NCBI RefSeq assembly: GCF_009914755.1
Contig: NC_060942.1
From: the human T2T-CHM13v2.0 reference genome, Homo sapiens
Reading direction: 5' to 3' (one strand)
Length of the DNA stretch: 64,000 nucleotides
Made by a program: the position numbers and the translations under genes. The first letter of the stretch is position 1. Each line of letters starts with the position of its first letter. The notes beneath the pieces are model-generated. The model made no database searches. It saw nothing but the letters and a program-made list of their open reading frames with translations, and was not told the origin of the DNA. Below are positions 23,450 to 35,644 of the stretch, piece after piece.

Positions 23450-26400
23450 AGAAGCATTCTCAGAAACTTATTTGAGATGTGTGTACTCAACTAAGAGAAT
23501 TGAACCACCGTTTTGAAGGCGCAGTTTTGAAACACTCTTTTTCTGGAATCTGCAAGAGTATATTTGCCTAGCCTTGAGGATTTCGTTGGAAACGGGATTG
23601 TCTTCAGAGAAAATCTAGACAGAAGCATTCTCAGAAACTTCTTTGGGATGTTTGCATTCAAGTCACAGAGTAGAACATTCCCTTTGGTAGAGCAGGTTTG
23701 AAACACTCTTTTTTTAGTATATGGAAGTGGACATTTTGATCGCTTTCAGGCCTACGTTGGAAAAGGAAATATCTTCCCATAACAACTAGACAGAAGCATT
23801 CTCAGAAACTAGTTTCTGATGTGTGTCCTCAACTAACACAGTTGAACATTTCTTTAGACAGAACAGTTTTGAAACACTCTTTGTGGAATCTGCAAGTGGC
23901 TATTTGGCTAGATTTGAGGATTTCGTTGGAAACGGGATTACATATAAAAAGCAGTCAGCAGCATTCTCAGAAAGTTCTTTGTGATGATTGCATTCAAGTC
24001 ACAGAATTGAACATTCCCTTTCACAGAGCAGGTTTGAAACACTCTTTTTGTAGTGTGTGTAAGTGGACATTTGGAGCACTTACCGGCCTAAGGTGAAAAA
24101 GGAAATATCTTCCCATAAAAACTAGACAGAAGCATTCTCAGAAACTTACTCGTGATGTGTGTCCTCAACTAAAGGAGTAGAACCTTTCTTTTCATAGAGA
24201 AGTTTTGAAACGCTCTTTTTGTGGAATCTGCAAGTGGATATTTGGCTAGTTTTGAGGATTTCGTTGGAAGCGGGAATTCATACAAATTGCAGACTGCAGC
24301 GTTCTGAGAAACATCTTTGTGATGTTTGTATTCAGGACACAGAGTTGAACATTCCCTATCATAGAGCAGGTTGGAATCACTCCTTTTGTAGTATCTGGAA
24401 GTGGACATTTGGAGCGCTTTCAGGCCTATGTTGGAAAAGGAAATATCTTCCCATAACAACTAGACAGAAGCATTCTCAGAAACTTATTTGAGATGTGTGT
24501 ACTCAACTAAGAGAATTGAACCACCGTTTTGAAGGAGCAGTTTTGAAACACTCTTTTTCTGGAATCTGCAAGTGGATATTTGGCTAGCTTTGGGGATTTC
24601 GCTGGAAGCGGGAATACATATAAAAAGCACACAGCAGCGTTCTGAGAAACTGCTTTCTGATGTTTGCATTCAAGTCAAAAGTTGAACACTCCCTTTCATA
24701 GAGCAGTCTTGAAACACCCCTTTTGTAGTATCTGGAACTGGACTTTTGGAGCGATTTCAGGGCTAAGGTGAAAAAGGAAATATCTTCCCATAAAAACTGG
24801 ACAGAAGCATTCTCAGAAACTTGGTTATGCTGTATCTACTCAACTAACAAAGTTGAACCTTTCTTTTGATAGAGCAGTTTTGAAATGGTCTTTTTGTGGA
24901 ATCTGCAAGTGGATATTTGGCTAGTTTTGAGGATTTCGTTGGAAGCGGGAATTCATACAAATTGCAGACTGCAGCGTTCTGAGAAACATCTTTGTGATGT
25001 TTGTATTCAGGACACAGAGTTGAACATTCCCTATCATAGAGCAGGTTGGAATCACTCCTTTTGTAGTATCTGGAAGTGGACATTTGGAGTGCTTTCAGGC
25101 CTATGTTGGAAAAGGAAATATCTTCCCATAACAACTAGACAGAAGCATTCTCAGAAACTTATTTGAGATGTGTGTACTCAACTAAGAGAATTGAACCACC
25201 GTTTTGAAGGAGCAGTTTTGAAACACTCTTTTTCTGGAATCTGCAAGTGGATATTTGGCTAGCTTTGGGGATTTCGCTGGAAGCGGGAATACATATAAAA
25301 AGCACACAGCAGCGTTCTGAGAAACTGCTTTCTGATGTTTGCATTCAAGTCAAAAGTTGAACACTCCCTTTCATAGAGCAGTCTTGAAACACTCCTTTTG
25401 TAGTATCTGGAACTGGACTTTTGGAGCGATTTCAGGGCTAAGGTGAAAAAGGAAATATCTTCCCATAAAAACTGGACAGAAGCATTCTCAGAAACTTGTT
25501 TATGCTGTATCTACTCAGCTAACAAAGTTGAACTTTCTTTTGATAGAGCAGTTTTGAAATGGTCTTTTTGTGGAATCTGCAAGTGGATATTTGGCTAGTT
25601 TTGAGGATTTCGTTGGAAGCGGGAATTCATACAAATTGCAGACTGCAGCGTTCTGAGAAACATCTTTGTGATGTTTGTATTCAGGACACAGAGTTGAACA
25701 TTCCCTATCATAGAGCAGGTTGGAATCACTCCTTTTGTAGTATCTGGAAGTGGACATTTGGAGCGCTTTCAGGCCTATTTTGGAAAGGGAAATATCTTCC
25801 CGTAACAACTATGCAGAAGCATTCTCAGAAACTTGTTTGTGATGTGTGCCCTCTACTGACAGAGTTGAACCTTTCTTTTCATAGAGCAGTTTTGAAACAC
25901 TCTTTTTGTAGAATCTGCAAGAGGATATTTGCATAGCTTTGAGGATTTCGTGGGAAACGGGATTGTCTTCAGGTAAAATCTAGACAGAAGCATTCTTAGA
26001 AACTTCTTTGGGATGTTTGCATTCAAGTCACAGAGTAGAACATTCCCTTTGGTAGAGCAGGTTTGAAACACTCTTTTTGTAGTATCTGGAAGTGGACATT
26101 TGGAGCGCTTTCAGGCCCATGTTGGAAAGGGAAATATCTTCCCGTAACAACTAGGCAGAAGCATTCTCAGAAACTTATTTGAGATGTGTGTACTCAACTA
26201 AGAGAATTGAACCACCGTTTTGAAGGCGCAGTTTTGAAACACTCTTTTTCTGGAATCTGCAAGAGTATATTTGCCTAGCCTTGAGGATTTCGTTGGAAAC
26301 GGGATTGTCTTCAGAGAAAATCTAGACAGAAGCATTCTCAGAAACTTCTTTGGGATGTTTGCATTCAAGTCACAGAGTAGAACATTCCCTTTGGTAGAGC

Positions 26401-28865
26401 AGGTTTGAAACACTCTTTTTTTAGTATATGGAAGTGGACATTTTGATCGCTTTCAGGCCTACGTTGGAAAAGGAAATATCTTCCCATAACAACTAGACAG
26501 AAGCATTCTCAGAAACTAGTTTCTGATGTGTGTCCTCAACTAACACAGTTGAACATTTCTTTAGACAGAACAGTTTTGAAACACTCTTTTTGTGGAATCT
26601 GCAAGTGGCTATTTGGCTAGATTTGAGGATTTCGTTGGAAACGGGATTACATATAAAAAGCAGTCAGCAGCATTCTCAGAAAGTTCTTTGTGATGATTGC
26701 ATTCAAGTCACAGAATTGAACATTCCCTTTCACAGAGCAGGTTTGAAACACTCTTTTTGTAGTGTGTGTAAGTGGACATTTGGAGCACTTACCGGCCTAA
26801 GGTGAAAAAGGAAATATCTTCCCATAAAAACTAGACAGAAGCATTCTCAGAAACTTACTCGTGATGTGTGTCCTCAACTAAAGGAGTAGAACCTTTCTTT
26901 TCATAGAGAAGTTTTGAAACGCTCTTTTTGTGGAATCTGCAAGTGGATATTTGGCTAGTTTTGAGGATTTCGTTGGAAGCGGGAATTCATACAAATTGCA
27001 GACTGCAGCGTTCTGAGAAACATCTTTGTGATGTTTGTATTCAGGACACAGAGTTGAACATTCCCTATCATAGAGCAGGTTGGAATCACTCCTTTTGTAG
27101 TATCTGGAAGTGGACATTTGGAGCGCTTTCAGGCCTATGTTGGAAAAGGAAATATCTTCCCATAACAACTAGACAGAAGCATTCTCAGAAACTTATTTGA
27201 GATGTGTGTACTCAACTAAGAGAATTGAACCACCGTTTTGAAGGAGCAGTTTTGAAACACTCTTTTTCTGGAATCTGCAAGTGGATATTTGGCTAGCTTT
27301 GGGGATTTCGCTGGAAGCGGGAATACATATAAAAAGCACACAGCAGCGTTCTGAGAAACTGCTTTCTGATGTTTGCATTCAAGTCAAAAGTTGAACACTC
27401 CCTTTCATAGAGCAGTCTTGAAACACCCCTTTTGTAGTATCTGGAACTGGACTTTTGGAGCGATTTCAGGGCTAAGGTGAAAAAGGAAATATCTTCCCAT
27501 AAAAACTGGACAGAAGCATTCTCAGAAACTTGGTTATGCTGTATCTACTCAACTAACAAAGTTGAACCTTTCTTTTGATAGAGCAGTTTTGAAATGGTCT
27601 TTTTGTGGAATCTGCAAGTGGATATTTGGCTAGTTTTGAGGATTTCGTTGGAAGCGGGAATTCATACAAATTGCAGACTGCAGCGTTCTGAGAAACATCT
27701 TTGTGATGTTTGTATTCAGGACACAGAGTTGAACATTCCCTATCATAGAGCAGGTTGGAATCACTCCTTTTGTAGTATCTGGAAGTGGACATTTGGAGTG
27801 CTTTCAGGCCTATGTTGGAAAAGGAAATATCTTCCCATAACAACTAGACAGAAGCATTCTCAGAAACTTATTTGAGATGTGTGTACTCAACTAAGAGAAT
27901 TGAACCACCGTTTTGAAGGAGCAGTTTTGAAACACTCTTTTTCTGGAATCTGCAAGTGGATATTTGGCTAGCTTTGGGGATTTCGCTGGAAGCGGGAATA
28001 CATATAAAAAGCACACAGCAGCGTTCTGAGAAACTGCTTTCTGATGTTTGCATTCAAGTCAAAAGTTGAACACTCCCTTTCATAGAGCAGTCTTGAAACA
28101 CTCCTTTTGTAGTATCTGGAACTGGACTTTTGGAGCGATTTCAGGGCTAAGGTGAAAAAGGAAATATCTTCCCATAAAAACTGGACAGAAGCATTCTCAG
28201 AAACTTGTTTATGCTGTATCTACTCAGCTAACAAAGTTGAACTTTCTTTTGATAGAGCAGTTTTGAAATGGTCTTTTTGTGGAATCTGCAAGTGGATATT
28301 TGGCTAGTTTTGAGGATTTCGTTGGAAGCGGGAATTCATACAAATTGCAGACTGCAGCGTTCTGAGAAACATCTTTGTGATGTTTGTATTCAGGACACAG
28401 AGTTGAACATTCCCTATCATAGAGCAGGTTGGAATCACTCCTTTTGTAGTATCTGGAAGTGGACATTTGGAGCGCTTTCAGGCCTATTTTGGAAAGGGAA
28501 ATATCTTCCCGTAACAACTATGCAGAAGCATTCTCAGAAACTTGTTTGTGATGTGTGCCCTCTACTGACAGAGTTGAACCTTTCTTTTCATAGAGCAGTT
28601 TTGAAACACTCTTTTTGTAGAATCTGCAAGAGGATATTTGCATAGCTTTGAGGATTTCGTGGGAAACGGGATTGTCTTCAGGTAAAATCTAGACAGAAGC
28701 ATTCTTAGAAACTTCTTTGGGATGTTTGCATTCAAGTCACAGAGTAGAACATTCCCTTTGGTAGAGCAGGTTTGAAACACTCTTTTTGTAGTATCTGGAA
28801 GTGGACATTTGGAGCGCTTTCAGGCCCATGTTGGAAAGGGAAATATCTTCCCGTAACAACTAGGC
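23450..28865 (+). repeat. Two 16-mer variant HORs (U12 23450-26156, 2707 bp; U13 26157-28865, 2709 bp)
   Basis: Same monomer order and diagnostic variants as U8/U9. U12 has an extra 2-bp deletion near 23880. Confidence 0.94.
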
Positions 28866-31800
28866 AGAAGCATTCTCAGAAACTTATTTGAGATGTGTGT
28901 ACTCAACTAAGAGAATTGAACCACCGTTTTGAAGGCGCAGTTTTGAAACACTCTTTTTCTGGAATCTGCAAGAGTATATTTGCCTAGCCTTGAGGATTTC
29001 GTTGGAAACGGGATTGTCTTCAGAGAAAATCTAGACAGAAGCATTCTCAGAAACTTCTTTGGGATGTTTGCATTCAAGTCACAGAGTAGAACATTCCCTT
29101 TGGTAGAGCAGGTTTGAAACACTCTTTTTTTAGTATATGGAAGTGGACATTTTGATCGCTTTCAGGCCTACGTTGGAAAAGGAAATATCTTCCCATAACA
29201 ACTAGACAGAAGCATTCTCAGAAACTAGTTTCTGATGTGTGTCCTCAACTAACACAGTTGAACATTTCTTTAGACAGAACAGTTTTGAAACACTCTTTTT
29301 GTGGAATCTGCAAGTGGCTATTTGGCTAGATTTGAGGATTTCGTTGGAAACGGGATTACATATAAAAAGCAGTCAGCAGCATTCTCAGAAAGTTCTTTGT
29401 GATGATTGCATTCAAGTCACAGAATTGAACATTCCCTTTCACAGAGCAGGTTTGAAACACTCTTTTTGTAGTGTGTGTAAGTGGACATTTGGAGCACTTA
29501 CCGGCCTAAGGTGAAAAAGGAAATATCTTCCCATAAAAACTAGACAGAAGCATTCTCAGAAACTTACTCGTGATGTGTGTCCTCAACTAAAGGAGTAGAA
29601 CCTTTCTTTTCATAGAGAAGTTTTGAAACGCTCTTTTTGTGGAATCTGCAAGTGGATATTTGGCTAGTTTTGAGGATTTCGTTGGAAGCGGGAATTCATA
29701 CAAATTGCAGACTGCAGCGTTCTGAGAAACATCTTTGTGATGTTTGTATTCAGGACACAGAGTTGAACATTCCCTATCATAGAGCAGGTTGGAATCACTC
29801 CTTTTGTAGTATCTGGAAGTGGACATTTGGAGCGCTTTCAGGCCTATGTTGGAAAAGGAAATATCTTCCCATAACAACTAGACAGAAGCATTCTCAGAAA
29901 CTTATTTGAGATGTGTGTACTCAACTAAGAGAATTGAACCACCGTTTTGAAGGAGCAGTTTTGAAACACTCTTTTTCTGGAATCTGCAAGTGGATATTTG
30001 GCTAGCTTTGGGGATTTCGCTGGAAGCGGGAATACATATAAAAAGCACACAGCAGCGTTCTGAGAAACTGCTTTCTGATGTTTGCATTCAAGTCAAAAGT
30101 TGAACACTCCCTTTCATAGAGCAGTCTTGAAACACCCCTTTTGTAGTATCTGGAACTGGACTTTTGGAGCGATTTCAGGGCTAAGGTGAAAAAGGAAATA
30201 TCTTCCCATAAAAACTGGACAGAAGCATTCTCAGAAACTTGGTTATGCTGTATCTACTCAACTAACAAAGTTGAACCTTTCTTTTGATAGAGCAGTTTTG
30301 AAATGGTCTTTTTGTGGAATCTGCAAGTGGATATTTGGCTAGTTTTGAGGATTTCGTTGGAAGCGGGAATTCATACAAATTGCAGACTGCAGCGTTCTGA
30401 GAAACATCTTTGTGATGTTTGTATTCAGGACACAGAGTTGAACATTCCCTATCATAGAGCAGGTTGGAATCACTCCTTTTGTAGTATCTGGAAGTGGACA
30501 TTTGGAGCGCTTTCAGGCCTATTTTGGAAAGGGAAATATCTTCCCGTAACAACTATGCAGAAGCATTCTCAGAAACTTGTTTGTGATGTGTGCCCTCTAC
30601 TGACAGAGTTGAACCTTTCTTTTCATAGAGCAGTTTTGAAACACTCTTTTTGTAGAATCTGCAAGAGGATATTTGCATAGCTTTGAGGATTTCGTGGGAA
30701 ACGGGATTGTCTTCAGGTAAAATCTAGACAGAAGCATTCTCAGAAACTTCTTTGGGATGTTTGCATTCAAGTCACAGAGTAGAACATTCCCTTTGGTAGA
30801 GCAGGTTTGAAACACTCTTTTTGTAGTATCTGGAAGTGGACATTTGGAGCGCTTTCAGGCCCATGTTGGAAAGGGAAATATCTTCCCGTAACAACTAGGC
30901 AGAAGCATTCTCAGAAACTTATTTGAGATGTGTGTACTCAACTAAGAGAATTGAACCACCGTTTTGAAGGAGCAGTTTTGAAACACTCTTTTTCTGGAAT
31001 CTGCAAGAGTATATTTGCCTAGCCTTGAGGATTTCGTTGGAAACGGGATTGTCTTCAGAGAAAATCTAGACAGAAGTATTCTCAGAAACTTCTTTGGGAT
31101 GTTTGCATTCAAGTCACAGAGTAGAACATTCCCTTTGGTAGAGCAGGTTTGAAACACTCTTTTTGTAGTATCTGGAAGTGGACATTTGGAGCGCTTTCAG
31201 GCCTACGTTGGAAAAGGAAATATCTTCCCATAACAACTAGACAGAAGCATTCTCAGAAACTAGTTTCTGATGTGTGTCCTCAACTAACACAGTTGAACAT
31301 TTCTTTAGACAGAACAGTTTTGAAACACTCTTTTTGTGGAATCTGCAAGTGGCTATTTGGCTAGATTTGAGGATTTCGTTGGAAACGGGATTACATATAA
31401 AAAGCAGTCAGCAGCATTCTCAGAAAGTTCTTTGTGATGATTGCATTCAAGTCACAGAATTGAACATTCCCTTTCACAGAGCAGGTTTGAAACACTCTTT
31501 TTGTAGTGTGTGTAAGTGGACATTTGGAGCACTTACCGGCCTAAGGTGAAAAAGGAAATATCTTCCCATAAAAACTAGACAGAAGCATTCTCAGAAACTT
31601 ACTCGTGATGTGTGTCCTCAACTAAAGGAGTAGAACCTTTCTTTTCATAGAGAAGTTTTGAAACGCTCTTTTTGTGGAATCTGCAAGTGGATATTTGGCT
31701 AGTTTGGAGGATTTCGTTGGAAGCGGGAATTCATACAAATTGCAGACTGCAGCGTTCTGAGAAACATCTTTGTGATGTTTGTATTCAGGACACAGAGTTG

Positions 31801-32935
31801 AACATTCCCTATCATAGAGCAGGTTTGAATCACTCCTTTTGTAGTATCTGGAAGTGGACATTTGGAGCGCTTTCAGGCCTATGTTGGAAAAGGAAATATC
31901 TTCCCATAACAACTAGACAGAAGCATTCTCAGAAACTTATTTGAGATGTGTGTACTCAACTAAGAGAATTGAACCACCGTTTTGAAGGAGCAGTTTTGAA
32001 ACACTCTTTTTCTGGAATCTGCAAGTGGATATTTGGCTAGCTTTGGGGATTTCGCTGGAAGCGGGAATACATATAAAAAGCACACAGCAGCGTTCTGAGA
32101 AACTGCTTTCTGATGTTTGCATTCAAGTCAAAAGTTGAACACTCCCTTTCATAGAGCAGTCTTGAAACACCCCTTTTGTAGTATCTGGAACTGGACTTTT
32201 GGAGCGATTTCAGGGCTAAGGTGAAAAAGGAAATATCTTCCCATAAAAACTGGACAGAAGCATTCTCAGAAACTTGGTTATGCTGTATCTACTCAACTAA
32301 CAAAGTTGAACCTTTCTTTTGATAGAGCAGTTTTGAAATGGTCTTTTTGTGGAATCTGCAAGTGGATATTTGGCTAGTTTTGAGGATTTCGTTGGAAGCG
32401 GGAATTCATACAAATTGCAGACTGCAGCGTTCTGAGAAACATCTTTGTGATGTTTGTATTCAGGACACAGAGTTGAACATTCCCTATCATAGAGCAGGTT
32501 GGAATCACTCCTTTTGTAGTATCTGGAAGTGGACATTTGGAGCGCTTTCAGGCCTATTTTGGAAAGGGAAATATCTTCCCGTAACAACTATGCAGAAGCA
32601 TTCTCAGAAACTTGTTTGTGATGTGTGCCCTCTACTGACAGAGTTGAACCTTTCTTTTCATAGAGCAGTTTTGAAACACTCTTTTTGTAGAATCTGCAAG
32701 AGGATATTTGCATAGCTTTGAGGATTTCGTGGGAAACGGGATTGTCTTCAGGTAAAATCTAGACAGAAGCATTCTCAGAAACTTCTTTGGGATGTTTGCA
32801 TTCAAGTCACAGAGTAGAACATTCCCTTTGGTAGAGCAGGTTTGAAACACTCTTTTTGTAGTATCTGGAAGTGGACATTTGGAGCGCTTTCAGGCCCATG
32901 TTGGAAAGGGAAATATCTTCCCGTAACAACTAGGC
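28866..32935 (+). repeat. Two canonical 12-mer HORs (U14, U15)
   Basis: Starts at 28866 and 30901; 2035 bp each. Confidence 0.94.
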
Positions 32936-35644
32936 AGAAGCATTCTCAGAAACTTATTTGAGATGTGTGTACTCAACTAAGAGAATTGAACCACCGTTTT
33001 GAAGGAGCAGTTTTGAAACACTCTTTTTCTGGAATCTGCAAGAGTATATTTGCCTAGCCTTGAGGATTTCGTTGGAAACGGGATTGTCTTCAGAGAAAAT
33101 CTAGACAGAAGCATTCTCAGAAACTTCTTTGGGATGTTTGCATTCAAGTCACCGAGTAGAACATTCCCTTTGGTAGAGCAGGTTTGAAACACTCTTTTTT
33201 TAGTATATGGAAGTGGACATTTTGATCGCTTTCAGGCCTACGTTGGAAAAGGAAATATCTTCCCATAACAACTAGACAGAAGCATTCTCAGAAACTAGTT
33301 TCTGATGTGTGTCCTCAACTAACACAGTTGAACATTTCTTTAGACAGAACAGTTTTGAAACACTCTTTTTGTGGAATCTGCAAGTGGCTATTTGGCTAGA
33401 TTTGAGGATTTCGTTAGAAACGGGATTACATATAAAAAGCAGTCAGCAGCATTCTCAGAAAGTTCTTTGTGATGATTGCATTCAAGTCACAGAATTGAAC
33501 ATTCCCTTTCACAGAGCAGGTTTGAAACACTCTTTTTGTAGTGTGTGTAAGTGGACATTTGGAGCACTTACCGGCCTAAGGTGAAAAAGGAAATATCTTC
33601 CCATAAAAACTAGACAGAAGCATTCTCAGAAACTTACTCGTGATGTGTGTCCTCAACTAAAGGAGTAGAACCTTTCTTTTCATAGAGAAGTTTTGAAACG
33701 CTCTTTTTGTGGAATCTGCAAGTGGATATTTGGCTAGTTTTGAGGATTTCGTTGGAAGCGGGAATTCATACAAATTGCAGACTGCAGCGTTCTGAGAAAC
33801 ATCTTTGTGATGTTTGTATTCAGGACACAGAGTTGAACATTCCCTATCATAGAGCAGGTTGGAATCACTCCTTTTGTAGTATCTGGAAGTGGACATTTGG
33901 AGCGCTTTCAGGCCTATGTTGGAAAAGGAAATATCTTCCCATAACAACTAGACAGAAGCATTCTCAGAAACTTATTTGAGATGTGTGTACTCAACTAAGA
34001 GAATTGAACCACCGTTTTGAAGGAGCAGTTTTGAAACACTCTTTTTCTGGAATCTGCAAGTGGATATTTGGCTAGCTTTGGGGATTTCGCTGGAAGCGGG
34101 AATACATATAAAAAGCACACAGCAGCGTTCTGAGAAACTGCTTTCTGATGTTTGCATTCAAGTCAAAAGTTGAACACTCCCTTTCATAGAGCAGTCTTGA
34201 AACACCCCTTTTGTAGTATCTGGAACTGGACTTTTGGAGCGCTTTCAGGGCTAAGGTGAAAAAGGAAATATCTTCCCATAAAAACTGGACAGAAGCATTC
34301 TCAGAAACTTGGTTATGCTGTATCTACTCAACTAACAAAGTTGAACCTTTCTTTTGATAGAGCAGTTTTGAAATGGTCTTTTTGTGGAATCTGCAAGTGG
34401 ATATTTGGCTAGTTTTGAGGATTTCGTTGGAAGCGGGAATTCATACAAATTGCAGACTGCAGCGTTCTGAGAAACATCTTTGTGATGTTTGTATTCAGGA
34501 CACAGAGTTGAACATTCCCTATCATAGAGCAGGTTTGAATCACTCCTTTTGTAGTATCTGGAAGTGGACATTTGGAGTGCTTTCAGGCCTATGTTGGAAA
34601 AGGAAATATCTTCCCATAACAACTAGACAGAAGCATTCTCAGAAACTTATTTGAGATGTGTGTACTCAACTAAGAGAATTGAACCACCGTTTTGAAGGAG
34701 CAGTTTTGAAACACTCTTTTTCTGGAATCTGCAAGTGGATATTTGGCTAGCTTTGGGGATTTCGCTGGAAGCGGGAATACATATAAAAAGCACACAGCAG
34801 CGTTCTGAGAAACTGCTTTCTGATGTTTGCATTGAAGTCAAAAGTTGAACACTCCCTTTCATAGAGCAGTCTTGAAACACTCCTTTTGTAGTATCTGGAA
34901 CTGGACTTTTGGAGCGATTTCAGGGCTAAGGTGAAAAAGGAAATATCTTCCCATAAAAACTGGACAGAAGCATTCTCAGAAACTTGTTTATGCTGTATCT
35001 ACTCAGCTAACAAAGTTGAACTTTCTTTTGATAGAGCAGTTTTGAAATGGTCTTTTTGTGGAATCTGCAAGTGGATATTTGGCTAGTTTTGAGGATTTCG
35101 TTGGAAGCGGGAATTCATACAAATTGCAGACTGCAGCGTTCTGAGAAACATCTTTGTGATGTTTGTATTCAGGACACAGAGTTGAACATTCCCTATCATA
35201 GAGCAGGTTGGAATCACTCCTTTTGTAGTATCTGGAAGTGGACATTTGGAGCGCTTTCAGGCCTATTTTGGAAAGGGAAATATCTTCCCGTAACAACTAT
35301 GCAGAAGCATTCTCAGAAACTTGTTTGTGATGTGTGCCCTCTACTGACAGAGTTGAACCTTTCTTTTCATAGAGCAGTTTTGAAACACTCTTTTTGTAGA
35401 ATCTGCAAGAGGATATTTGCATAGCTTTGAGGATTTCGTGGGAAACGGGATTGTCTTCAGGTAAAATCTAGACAGAAGCATTCTTAGAAACTTCTTTGGG
35501 ATGTTTGCATTCAAGTCACAGAGTAGAACATTCCCTTTGGTAGAGCAGGTTTGAAACACTCTTTTTGTAGTATCTGGAAGTGGACATTTGGAGCGCTTTC
35601 AGGCCCATGTTGGAAAGGGAAATATCTTCCCGTAACAACTAGGC
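32936..35644 (+). repeat. 16-mer variant HOR (U16, 2709 bp)
   Basis: Extra 4-monomer block with the 1-bp deletion near 35021. Confidence 0.94.
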
